Shown: in pieces, positions 28,047 through 37,546 of the stretch
How positions within the stretch are numbered: the first letter of the stretch is position 1
How the letters are laid out: each line of letters opens with the position of its first letter
Virus record (IMG/VR): IMGVR_UViG_3300049489_000477
Coordinates: 32,001 to 96,000 of that record
DNA length: 64,000 bases
Source: a virus
Reading direction: 5' to 3' (one strand)
Notes under the pieces: generated by a model
The model's input: only the letters and a program-made list of their open reading frames with translations
Databases searched by the model: none
What the model was told of the DNA's origin: nothing
Translations under genes and position numbers: made by a program

Positions 28047-29243
28047 TTATACATCATCTGGATTGCTATTATACTTCTGATATGCGTACCAAACAACCGA
28101 GTATGAAGTATCTGGCGGAATAGCTGATAATCTTACTTGGAATTGACCAGGCTGGATATTCTCGAAATTCGTGATTGTAAACGGCGCTGTTCCCTGTTTT
28201 GTATTGATAATAGCTTGTGGAATATATTCTGGAGCGTTCTGGAGCGTTGTGCTTGTAATTGTGATGATATCTGTGGTTCCGTCCAACTTTACCTCACCAT
28301 ACGCAAGTGGCGGTGGTGGTGTTGATGTTGGTGGCATAATGTCTTGTTTCGAAACTTGGCAATTCCAGAAAGGTTCGTATTGATTTGCTATCTGTGAATG
28401 CTCTGGATCAGAGAACTTCTTAATGTAATTGACAATATCTGCATCATAATCATAGAAACAGTATCCAGATGTGGCAGATGTTTGGGCACTATCGCTATCG
28501 ACTGTTTGTGAAACGGTTTGCTCACCCAAATCAACGCCAGGTGTGCGAGGTTCAGTAACTGCCGAGTATCTGACTGTGACTTTCTTAATCGGATCAGCCA
28601 CTGGTTCTTCTGGCTTGTAGAGGTTACATTCGACATCAAAATTGAAAGAATATGTCAAGAACTTCGAGCGGAATTCTTTTTCTGGTATGTCGGGATTGAA
28701 TTGAGCAGATTCGGCTGTTTTTACAACTCTTATCTTTCTTCCTATGCCAATTCCCTTTTCATACATTTCAAGATATATTTCTGGATGTATAAATGAATCG
28801 ATATTCTCAATGATTTGAACCAAGTGGTCCATATACTTAGCCCATACGATGACATCGAATGACAACTTATATGGTATGGTCTGCATATCCAAATGCTGCT
28901 TCTCAAGCGGCTTTGAAGTTCCCGGCTGTTGAAGATATTCCACATATATCTTTCTCTTCTCACGAATACCTCTCATGCGTTCCTTGTCCAAACCCATCGA
29001 CTTCCATTGAATTGAAATCAACGGAAGCACATTTTCGTTGTCACGCATCAAATATGGATTGGAGGTATTGTTATTCATGAGCATCTGAATAACTTTTTCT
29101 TTGTAAGTCAGCTTGACAGGAACTGGTACCCGTCCAGTGGCTTTACCATTCTCATCAAAATCGAAGACTTCCATTTCATCAAAAATGGACGCGAATAGAA
29201 GAACATGTGTGTGAAGGACATGGTTATAAAACCAATTACGCAT
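28047..29243 (-). CDS. Tail terminator / sheath stabiliser gp15 with C-terminal extension
   Basis: WFYN...FASIFD, VPVPV, LPLIS, PYKLSFDV, QIIENI. Confidence 0.85.
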   Translation of the reverse strand: MRNWFYNHVLHTHVLLFASIFDEMEVFDFDENGKATGRVPVPVKLTYKEKVIQMLMNNNTSNPYLMRDNENVLPLISIQWKSMGLDKERMRGIREKRKIYVEYLQQPGTSKPLEKQHLDMQTIPYKLSFDVIVWAKYMDHLVQIIENIDSFIHPEIYLEMYEKGIGIGRKIRVVKTAESAQFNPDIPEKEFRSKFLTYSFNFDVECNLYKPEEPVADPIKKVTVRYSAVTEPRTPGVDLGEQTVSQTVDSDSAQTSATSGYCFYDYDADIVNYIKKFSDPEHSQIANQYEPFWNCQVSKQDIMPPTSTPPPPLAYGEVKLDGTTDIITITSTTLQNAPEYIPQAIINTKQGTAPFTITNFENIQPGQFQVRLSAIPPDTSYSVVWYAYQKYNSNPDDV

Positions 29244-30606
29244 GTGTTAGCTCTTTATAAAGATATTTAATAAACTTCGTTCTGTTCTCTGGTGTGAGGT
29301 CATTCATAAACTCATCAATCTCTTTCATTCCCAACGCTTTTCCTTTTCTTATTCTATCAAGAATTTTCATTTTATTTTCATCTGTTAAGTGATTTATCTG
29401 ATCAATGTATTCTCTGGCGAATGCTGGGAATTCGATATCTGAATTGATGGTGTCGGTATATGATCCTGGTTTAACTTGTTTTTTCATGTTCGTAACGCCT
29501 GGATCCATCATATGGGTCACTTCATGAACCAAGCCGCTGATCAGTCCATTTTTAAGGTCTTTTTTATAATCATTATAGAAGTTCGTAGCATTGACCAAAA
29601 TGCGCGAATTAGGAACATCGATTCTAAAGTAGCTACCACCTTCTGAGGATGACATAACATTTTTTTGCATCTCAACGGTCAAATCCAGTTGCTCTTGGTT
29701 GTATGGATTGGTGAGAATCAAACCATCTTCAATATATGTGTTGTAGCCTTTAGTAAGCGTTTCTTTTAATTTGTTAACGAATTCGTCGTAGTGTGTTTCC
29801 ACCCAACTGCGTATGTCATCAACTGGAACTTGTACAACGCCCTCATAGAAAATAGCATTAAGAGACTTTGTAAGAGATTCTCTTAGATTATCTGTTGCGA
29901 TTGGCTTGGGTGATACGACAAACAATATGTCTGGGTTGCCCATCATCTCTCTGGTGAATTCTGGTATCTCTTTATATTTTCTATTTTCTGGGCTGTATAG
30001 ATACTTGTGTGGGAAGTATCGTCCCAACTTTGCCCACACATCAAACGAACCCTTACCAGTTTCACCGGTCAAGTAGTTGTCAGAGTATAGTGCCCCAAAA
30101 TAATTCTCTATCATGTAGATGTAGAGATTTATGGCAATTCCTCTTCCTTGATATTCGGTGACGATACCTACGCTTTCTGTTTTCCAGCCATATGCGTTTT
30201 TATACCAGCAAAATTCACCAATGGCATCTTGGGCTTTATTGAAAACATCGACTAATATGGTTTTTCCGCCGCTTCTTTCCCATACAATACATGTAAACCT
30301 CTCACTACTTGCTATTAATTCAAATTTTCCCTTTTTCGTAAAAGATTGGTCCATTCTTTTGCTGATTATGCTACTGACATCACCAAATATTTCTTTCGAT
30401 ATATTTTTATTGGCATCGTTCCATGCGGGCATTTCAGATAAAGGCTTTTCTTTCGGTATGTTTGTATCTTCTTTACCATCCCAATTCGCGTATATAGCAG
30501 CTTGTTGTGCGCGAGCTTTCTCTTTACTCATGGGATGCTTACTCTTGTCCCCACTAGGACTAGATACTTTATAGCCACCGTCAACTTTGTGTACTTTAAA
30601 AGGCAT
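29236..30606 (-). CDS. Multidomain protein: short basic N-domain, GNAT acetyltransferase and HEXXH metallopeptidase-like domain
   Basis: VTEYQGRGIAINLY acetyl-CoA motif; GLVHEVTHMMD...IEFPAF zincin motif. Confidence 0.7.
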   Translation of the reverse strand: MPFKVHKVDGGYKVSSPSGDKSKHPMSKEKARAQQAAIYANWDGKEDTNIPKEKPLSEMPAWNDANKNISKEIFGDVSSIISKRMDQSFTKKGKFELIASSERFTCIVWERSGGKTILVDVFNKAQDAIGEFCWYKNAYGWKTESVGIVTEYQGRGIAINLYIYMIENYFGALYSDNYLTGETGKGSFDVWAKLGRYFPHKYLYSPENRKYKEIPEFTREMMGNPDILFVVSPKPIATDNLRESLTKSLNAIFYEGVVQVPVDDIRSWVETHYDEFVNKLKETLTKGYNTYIEDGLILTNPYNQEQLDLTVEMQKNVMSSSEGGSYFRIDVPNSRILVNATNFYNDYKKDLKNGLISGLVHEVTHMMDPGVTNMKKQVKPGSYTDTINSDIEFPAFAREYIDQINHLTDENKMKILDRIRKGKALGMKEIDEFMNDLTPENRTKFIKYLYKELTHA

Positions 30607-31355
30607 TACCAGCCTCCCCAGCGTCTGGAGATTTCATCGCTCTTTGGTGGAGCAATACCGTCGCCTTGACCAGTACCATCGACTTCTTTCTTCACTTCTT
30701 CATTATCAATCATGGTATTTGGTGAAGCTTTTGGTTGCTGAACATCGTATTTCGCAGCAACACGACCAGATCCGTCATTAACCAAAGCATCGGCTGGAGC
30801 GTCTGGGCGTAGATTGCCTTGGCTATCGACCACACCAAATCTTTCACCATATCCAGCACTATGAATTGTAACGGCTCTTTCACGGGCATTAAGAACGAAC
30901 AAGCTTTTGAATCCAAATATATTTCCTTCGCGTCCAAGAGCAGCATGAACGGCATGCGATACTTCGTACACGAATGTTGAATTGAATGGTAAATAAAATT
31001 GATCACCAGCTATAGGTTCGCGTCCGACTGCTGCTAAAAATGTCGGTAAGTGCAAAAAGACTCTGAATTCAATATTGTTAAGCTCACCGAATCCCGTGTA
31101 TAAAAGATTCTCGTCAAATCCTTCGGTATCAATCTTACCTTTTATAACATGCTTTCTCATGTATCTTTTGGTTGTATCCTCACCAAATGCGATATCTTTA
31201 CGAATATTGACTTCCACGGGGTAGTAATCCATAGGGATTCCATACACATTGATCATTTCGGCTTGCATACTATCTAAAGTCGAAATTTCATTACCCTGGT
31301 TTTGTGGACCAGTACCTTGTGGGAAATATTTTGTGTATGAAAGTGGATCTTGCAT
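30606..31355 (-). CDS. Neck protein gp14
   Basis: EMINVYGIPMDYYP, FGED, FGEL, GREPIAGDQFYLP, YEVSH. Confidence 0.88.
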   Translation of the reverse strand: MQDPLSYTKYFPQGTGPQNQGNEISTLDSMQAEMINVYGIPMDYYPVEVNIRKDIAFGEDTTKRYMRKHVIKGKIDTEGFDENLLYTGFGELNNIEFRVFLHLPTFLAAVGREPIAGDQFYLPFNSTFVYEVSHAVHAALGREGNIFGFKSLFVLNARERAVTIHSAGYGERFGVVDSQGNLRPDAPADALVNDGSGRVAAKYDVQQPKASPNTMIDNEEVKKEVDGTGQGDGIAPPKSDEISRRWGGW

Positions 31356-31358
31356 AAA

Positions 31359-32600
31359 TTAATGGATAAGTAAGAGAGTTCCTAACACATCTGTTCTGGC
31401 AGCAGCATCGTCGCCGTCACCTGGCTTAACAATAACATTATATTTCTTGGTATTATCAACGGGAAGCTTTACAAGTTCATCATAAGTTACGACGGAACCT
31501 GGATCTAAATCATACTTGAAAGTGACTCTCTTCTTTATCTCTTCCTTGTCTTGAGGTGAAAGTGGTTGACCTTTCACAAGATTCAAATCTCTGAACAATT
31601 CATCTGGTACAACTTTTGAGTGCTTTGCCGTGGTAAAATCAACATTTCTATCTTGTGTTCCACCCTTCGAGAAATTGAATATGAAATTATCTGGCTTAAC
31701 ATCATTGTATTTGTTGACTAAATCGACTTGCTTTGTGTAAGCATAGTGGCGAGTTTCTGGTGTCTGTTTTGCAACATCGAACGCAAGCATGAGATAGGTC
31801 TTTGAGAAGAAATCTCCTGCATCATGCCAACGCAATACAACTTTCTTGCCTCTCTTTGCGTTTGCTGCTACTGCCGCCTTCAATTCACTCAAAACTTTTT
31901 GCTTAAATCCTTCATAGTCATTCATCAAAAAGTTTATTGTCCGAGTTGCCGACAACCATGGTCCTTCGTATTGAACATAACCACCCGATGTGGCATAACA
32001 ATATGCTTTGCATGCACCAGCAGATGGACATGTTTTTACAACTTGAAACTTATTTTCGGCTTCGTTGTAAAAAAGACCTTGGAATGCTGGTAATGTCAAA
32101 TCGTAGAAAACTTCATTGGCATTTGCACCAGATGCAGCTAATTTCGAATTTTGCTGAATGATGCTTTCTGGACGCTGTGTGATAAGTTGCTTAAGTTGTT
32201 TTTCACTTATCTTTTTACCACTTGGTGTCAGAATTTTAAGTAATGTTGAACTATGTATCAACCGCTGTGGTCGCTCTGCTGGCTTATAGCCGCTACCAGT
32301 TTCTGGATTAACAAGTGACTTATCACGCTTATACTGTTTTGATGGATTTGCTCTGTTAAATGCGATACCTTGAGCAATGTTGGGGTCATCTGTTTTTGAT
32401 CTTGCGATATCCATAGGATCAATGTCACGAACAGGAGCATCTGGAATTGGCTTTGCTTCCGCAAGACCAACGCCATTAAACTCTTCTTCTGTTGGAAGCT
32501 CCGATAGATCGCTAACAATTTGTTCAGCGCCTGGAGCTAAACCACCAGCAGTTTCTATCATCTTCCAAGATTCTTTAAGTTGTTCTAAAATTCTGTCCAT
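31359..32600 (-). CDS. Gp88-like protein (radical-SAM-like Cys motif) with N-terminal extension
   Basis: TCPSAGACKAYCYA, LRWHDAGDFFS, HYAYTK, PDNFIFNFS. Confidence 0.75.
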   Translation of the reverse strand: MDRILEQLKESWKMIETAGGLAPGAEQIVSDLSELPTEEEFNGVGLAEAKPIPDAPVRDIDPMDIARSKTDDPNIAQGIAFNRANPSKQYKRDKSLVNPETGSGYKPAERPQRLIHSSTLLKILTPSGKKISEKQLKQLITQRPESIIQQNSKLAASGANANEVFYDLTLPAFQGLFYNEAENKFQVVKTCPSAGACKAYCYATSGGYVQYEGPWLSATRTINFLMNDYEGFKQKVLSELKAAVAANAKRGKKVVLRWHDAGDFFSKTYLMLAFDVAKQTPETRHYAYTKQVDLVNKYNDVKPDNFIFNFSKGGTQDRNVDFTTAKHSKVVPDELFRDLNLVKGQPLSPQDKEEIKKRVTFKYDLDPGSVVTYDELVKLPVDNTKKYNVIVKPGDGDDAAARTDVLGTLLLIH

Positions 32601-32602
32601 AT

Positions 32603-33574
32603 TTATCCTATGAAAAATGCTTGAGGTGGATATCCGAAGTAGTTTTCTGACAACTTCTTTTCTAAATCTTCTTTCTTTGATTTTCCTTCAGTAAAGAAAA
32701 AATCTGCATCAAACTCGACGCCGCCTTGGAACTTTGCTCCACGATATTTCTTCATGGTTGTTCCAACTTGTAACATACACAGTGCTAACGAATAGTGGCG
32801 AATAAAGTAATCATCATAAAGATATTCTGGAGCAACGCGAGTCCATACGCCGATGATATACATACCGGCGGTTTTTGGTGGTGGCGCTATACGCACACGA
32901 CGGGATGCTTCGTGAAAATCCAAATTCACCGTTACTTTAAAGCGTTGGTTGAGCATTTCCATGTATTCCATCGATAATTCGTATGTAATGACATCCATGC
33001 CGCCGCCGTCTGCTCTTGTTCCACCGCGAGTACCATAAGCTCCACCATTATACATGGTGCCGGGGAACCACAAACCAAGGAAATTATTTGTCGATGTATT
33101 TACTTGACCACCAGCCATTCCACCCCACATGGTCTGTGAAATGGCTTCCGCGCTATTTAATGCTCGTTCGATGATTTCTTGTGTTGGCGCTGGAGCAGTT
33201 GTAAGCCAATTCAAGCCACCTGTACCGCTGCCGCCTGGTAATACCTTTGAAACACCAACGACACTTCTCGGAAGCTGATATTCAGCCCGATGTTGCATAA
33301 TTGGAGCAGCAAGTTTTGGATCACAGAATGAGAATGGCGCTCCTGTCATAGTGCATACAGGGGCTGCCGAGGTAAGCATTGTTGAGGTATTGATAATGCA
33401 ATAATTCTGTTCGTGACCTATGCCACCAGAAAACAATTGGTAATAATCGATTGCGTCATCAATACGATCTTCGATTTGTGAAGGCGAAAGTGGCATGACA
33501 CCCATGACAGATTCGCCTAAACTATCACGAATCCATGCAGCCAATTCCGACTTTTTAGAAGGTATCATAGGCAA
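32603..33574 (-). CDS. Neck protein gp13
   Basis: QIEDRIDDAIDYY, YSLALC...GTTMKKY, GGVEFD, C-terminal PPQAFFIG; late promoter at 33588-33595. Confidence 0.9.
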   Translation of the reverse strand: MPMIPSKKSELAAWIRDSLGESVMGVMPLSPSQIEDRIDDAIDYYQLFSGGIGHEQNYCIINTSTMLTSAAPVCTMTGAPFSFCDPKLAAPIMQHRAEYQLPRSVVGVSKVLPGGSGTGGLNWLTTAPAPTQEIIERALNSAEAISQTMWGGMAGGQVNTSTNNFLGLWFPGTMYNGGAYGTRGGTRADGGGMDVITYELSMEYMEMLNQRFKVTVNLDFHEASRRVRIAPPPKTAGMYIIGVWTRVAPEYLYDDYFIRHYSLALCMLQVGTTMKKYRGAKFQGGVEFDADFFFTEGKSKKEDLEKKLSENYFGYPPQAFFIG

Positions 33575-33595
33575 ATCCTTACCTATGTATTTATA

Positions 33596-34150
33596 TTAGT
33601 TGTCTTCTATGTACTTCTTAAGCTTTTTTATAAGCTCGTTCTTATGGTTTGGAACATCGGAAAAATCCACCTTCAAACGCTCCAAGTATTCTATAGCTTT
33701 TTCCTTCCTCATCACAAACCAATTCTTTTGGCTGAACTTTTTCAAGAATGATATCAAAGCTTCATTATTCATATCATTTTCAGCGTCATTTTTATCTGGT
33801 ATTTCTGGTGTTTTTTCTGTTGTATCCTCAACATATGAAACAACAGTTTTTTCTTCCCGCTTCAAGTTTTCAAGGAAGGTCTTGTGTGGGGCTTGCTTTT
33901 TTGCTTGTACAGCGACGATATCAAGCTCTTGACCATCATATACTTTAGTTGGATGCTTTGGATCGTGTGAAATTTCGCCTTGTTTTAATGGTGGTGTCCA
34001 GCCTACGAATTTGAATCCAACAACATCCTTATATACGGCATAATCCGCATATATAACATCACCAGAATTAACGATTTGAGGTGGTTTTGTTATATCCAAA
34101 CGCAACCGAATTGGTGACGGATCTGACCGTAAAAAGTATCCGAAAGGCAT
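33596..34150 (-). CDS. Hypothetical protein with C-terminal HeH/Rho-N-like motif
   Basis: KEKAIEYLERLKVDF...KNELIKKL. Confidence 0.5.
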   Translation of the reverse strand: MPFGYFLRSDPSPIRLRLDITKPPQIVNSGDVIYADYAVYKDVVGFKFVGWTPPLKQGEISHDPKHPTKVYDGQELDIVAVQAKKQAPHKTFLENLKREEKTVVSYVEDTTEKTPEIPDKNDAENDMNNEALISFLKKFSQKNWFVMRKEKAIEYLERLKVDFSDVPNHKNELIKKLKKYIEDN

Positions 34151-34152
34151 GG

Positions 34153-34599
34153 TTATCTTAATGCCTCCAGCCGAGAAATTTCCATCTTGGCTCTATGTAT
34201 GTCGCGCTCGATTGTTTCTACGATAGCCAGTGCTTTTGATACGCCACCAGATAAATCTGCTCTTCCGACCCATGCTTCATAATCTTGTTTCGCATAGTGT
34301 AGCGATTCTTCCAATTGATCGACTTCCTCTTTTAAGTTGGCTATCTTAAACAGGACATACTCTCTGTCATTCTTCTCGTCTACTTGAGAGTCGCGGATTC
34401 TGGCTTTGAGTTTAGCAAGCTTTTCTGCTTGTTCTTCTACTATTTTTTTATAGTCGTTTTTGATATCTTGCTGGGATTCCGATGCTTCATTGAGACTCTC
34501 TTTAAAAGATGGAATTATTAATTCTTCCCTTTTAATTGGAGCTATATCGGGAATATCATCAAGTGACTTGGGGAAGGTATCGTCTGGTAATTCGCTCAT
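34153..34599 (-). CDS. Hypothetical coiled-coil protein
   Basis: 148-aa ORF with SD and heptad pattern. Confidence 0.55.
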   Translation of the reverse strand: MSELPDDTFPKSLDDIPDIAPIKREELIIPSFKESLNEASESQQDIKNDYKKIVEEQAEKLAKLKARIRDSQVDEKNDREYVLFKIANLKEEVDQLEESLHYAKQDYEAWVGRADLSGGVSKALAIVETIERDIHRAKMEISRLEALR

Positions 34600-34847
34600 A
34601 AGTAGTTCCTATTATCTATGAAGATTTGCTTATCTATATAATACCACTTTCTACATGCAATTTCTGATGTTTCTCCGTTTACAATGTCTAAAAACACTTT
34701 AAGCTTTTTGTCATCTTTTTGTATTTCGACATACTCATGAAGGAGAATTTGACAATATGCGTCACCTACTTTTGCACCATCTACTATAGATGCCACGATT
34801 TTAAGATCCTCTGGGGTTAGGTATTTTGTTAGTTCAGTAATGTCCAC
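34596..34847 (-). CDS. Hypothetical protein
   Basis: GTG start 6 nt after TATAAT; stop overlaps the next start. Confidence 0.5.
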   Translation of the reverse strand: MDITELTKYLTPEDLKIVASIVDGAKVGDAYCQILLHEYVEIQKDDKKLKVFLDIVNGETSEIACRKWYYIDKQIFIDNRNYL

Positions 34848-34892
34848 GGGTATATTATATCGTTAACTCATATTTTCATAGACCAAATTTAT

Positions 34893-34926
34893 AAAAGAAA
34901 ACCCCCCGGCATAGCCGAGGGGTTTC
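34893..34926 (-). terminator. Terminator after the major capsid gene
   Basis: AAACCCCCCGGC/GCCGAGGGGTTT hairpin plus U tract. Confidence 0.8.
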
Positions 34927-34955
34927 CTGTCTCACTTGTAGACGGTAAGCTAGGC

Positions 34956-36413
34956 TTATCCGAATACGACTCCGTTAGCCGAAGCACCCTGTGGGAGTGG
35001 GTTAGCGTAACCTGAGTTGTCATATCCAGCGATTGGGCTGTTGCCAAGGTTGACGCTGATGTAACGGTAGTAGTTTTCTGCGCCAAACAAGTTGTTGCAG
35101 ATACCGTAACGTGTCATAACGCCGATTCTTGGGTTGAACGAATCAGGACCAACTGCTTCCATGAACATCAATGGAACGTATGGGCAGTAGATCACACCAG
35201 CGTCTGTGTCGCGGCTTCCCTTGTATCCTACGACTGCGTATTCGGTTTGAGCGAATACATCGCGGTATACGGTGAAGCGTCCGATTGTACCGACCTTGGC
35301 GACTCCACTTACCTCTGTTGAGAGGTTTGTAGCGACGGACGAGAGAGCGAACTGCTCAAGTCCTTCAAGGATGGTGCATACGTTTGCGGAGCAGAGGATG
35401 AAGTTACCAGCACCACGACGAGTTGCGCGAGCAATATCGTTCGAAGCCTTGACGAGCAAGGTGTAGAGGGTGCGGAACTTTTCCTGTTCCCAACGACCAT
35501 CGGCTGTACCGTTAGCTGTACCGACTGAACCGTAGTTCCATGAATAGACGCCGCCGACCTTTGCAAGTTCAACGATGTTATTCTTCACTTCGGCATCGAT
35601 TTCAGCAGCAACTTCGTAAGCCAAGAGGTCTGACAATTGCTCTTGGATGTCAACATTATGCATGTTGGCGATATCTTGCTGCGCTTCATATGTCCAACGA
35701 GCAGCGAGCTTACGGGTCTTTGCTGTGATTTCCTGACGCTCAATGGTCAATCCCATGTAGCGCATTTGTTCAGGAACACCTGTTCCACATACGTCACGAA
35801 GTTCACCAAGTGTTTCACCTTCGTGGGTGATGTAGCCTGGCTTGTATCCTGCGCCGAGAGCGCCTGGATCACGCATACCACCCTTTACCTTGCCTGCGTC
35901 GGCTTCGGTAAGAGCATCGAATTGACCCGATGTTGGGAGTGATGCGCCAGTTGTACCAGCAGCCGAAGCAGGCTCAACGCCTGAGTAGAGTGCGTGTACG
36001 GTGTTGTATCCAGCTTCTTGTCCTGCGAAGTCGCCGCTCTGGTAGCGGTAGCGCAATGCATAAGCAAGTCCTACTGGAGTAAACATTGGTTGAACGCCTG
36101 CCAATTCGTTCGCAACGAGTTCTGGGAAGATACGAGCGACGAGTGGCATTGCGATAGGCTTGAAACGGGCGATACCCGCGCCTGGACCACAATTTGAATT
36201 GTATGACGCTGCTCCGACTCCGGCGGCGTCTGATCCTGAGACGTTGAACGACTCATGTAATGGACCTTGGACTCTGCCTGGGTTCTGGAAATAGCGTTGT
36301 TCCATTTCAAGAAGTGCTGAAACGTTTTCAACAATTGAATCCTTCTTGATGTGGTTGGTTAATGGTGCCCACTTCTTGCGAAGGGCGTCCTTAAATACTC
36401 TAGCTTCTGACAT
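34956..36413 (-). CDS. Major capsid protein gp23
   Basis: AGVQPM..PVGLAYALRYRY, TAKTRKL, YEAQQD, RRGAGNF, DAGVIYCPYVPL, SFNPRIGVMTRYG. Confidence 0.98.
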   Translation of the reverse strand: MSEARVFKDALRKKWAPLTNHIKKDSIVENVSALLEMEQRYFQNPGRVQGPLHESFNVSGSDAAGVGAASYNSNCGPGAGIARFKPIAMPLVARIFPELVANELAGVQPMFTPVGLAYALRYRYQSGDFAGQEAGYNTVHALYSGVEPASAAGTTGASLPTSGQFDALTEADAGKVKGGMRDPGALGAGYKPGYITHEGETLGELRDVCGTGVPEQMRYMGLTIERQEITAKTRKLAARWTYEAQQDIANMHNVDIQEQLSDLLAYEVAAEIDAEVKNNIVELAKVGGVYSWNYGSVGTANGTADGRWEQEKFRTLYTLLVKASNDIARATRRGAGNFILCSANVCTILEGLEQFALSSVATNLSTEVSGVAKVGTIGRFTVYRDVFAQTEYAVVGYKGSRDTDAGVIYCPYVPLMFMEAVGPDSFNPRIGVMTRYGICNNLFGAENYYRYISVNLGNSPIAGYDNSGYANPLPQGASANGVVFG

Positions 36414-36442
36414 AATATTTTCCTTTATGGGGGGTTAATTAG

Positions 36443-37522
36443 TTAGTTACGGCGCATACGGTCGAGGTTAGTCTTCCATGCGTCCATGTCTGATGTTTTG
36501 TCACTTGCAGGTTTATTTATTGATTCAACAATACGTTCAACTTGCTTTTTAGCGGTATCCACAACCGCTTGTGGCTTTGCATCCTTCTCACTTATCTTTG
36601 CAGGCTTCGCTGATTCGGTTATCACGATATCTTTGATGATCTTGAAACGAGGTTCAAGTTCTTCAACGGAACACGATTCCAAAAGCTTTTCAGCCTTTGT
36701 CTTTTGTGCCTGAGTCATACCTTCCGTAAGTTGCTTTAACTTAACAGTTTTCTCTAACTCTTTAACCCGTGAACCAAGTTTCACATTTTCTTGAGCCTTT
36801 ACATTCACAGACTCACTTAACTTGGCTATTTCAGCCTTGGCAGCCTTAAGCGCATCGTAACCAGATTTATCAACACTGATTCCGTGCTTCTCGATTACAC
36901 TTACCATGTTTTCGACAAGCGGCTCAAGCGCAGCGGCTTTAGCGGCAGCCTCCATAATTTGTTCAGGAACGATTGTCTTGAGTTGCGACTGCATGTACTC
37001 ATTCGCCTTCTCAATCAAATCACCCTTGAACGTCTCTAACGATTTGGCGTCGGCTTCCTGACGCATTCTCTTAAATTCGGCTGCTGATTCCATTGCAGTC
37101 GATTCTACGAAAGTCTTGTATTCATTTGCAGCAGCCATTGCTTCCTCTTCGATCTTATCGCGGTACAAGGCGGCTGTCTCTTGAAGAACCTTTGTCGATT
37201 CCTCTTGGTATTCTTTTAATGATTCAAAAAGTATTTCTTCTTTTTGCTTAAATTCTTCTGCAAGTTGCTTTCCGAAGTCAGCAGCAGCTTCCTTGAGGAA
37301 AGCTTCTTTCTCTGACATATCCTTCTTCATCTGTTCAATTTCGGCAACAAGCTTTGTCTTTTCTTCTTGTAGCGCAACTGTAGCAGATGCGGATTCGGAA
37401 GTCTTGGCAGCAACGCGAGCTTCAACAACTGTGTTGATCATCTCTGCGACTTTTGCTTTTACTTCTTCAGAAACCAACTTTTCATCGATTCCTTTAAAAA
37501 TTTCAGCAATAATATCTTTCAT
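36443..37522 (-). CDS. Prohead scaffold gp22
   Basis: Acidic coiled coil; TEGMTQAQKTKAEKL; between gp21 and gp23; late promoter at 37544-37551. Confidence 0.85.
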   Translation of the reverse strand: MKDIIAEIFKGIDEKLVSEEVKAKVAEMINTVVEARVAAKTSESASATVALQEEKTKLVAEIEQMKKDMSEKEAFLKEAAADFGKQLAEEFKQKEEILFESLKEYQEESTKVLQETAALYRDKIEEEAMAAANEYKTFVESTAMESAAEFKRMRQEADAKSLETFKGDLIEKANEYMQSQLKTIVPEQIMEAAAKAAALEPLVENMVSVIEKHGISVDKSGYDALKAAKAEIAKLSESVNVKAQENVKLGSRVKELEKTVKLKQLTEGMTQAQKTKAEKLLESCSVEELEPRFKIIKDIVITESAKPAKISEKDAKPQAVVDTAKKQVERIVESINKPASDKTSDMDAWKTNLDRMRRN

Positions 37523-37546
37523 AAAAGACTCCTGATTAATCTATAT

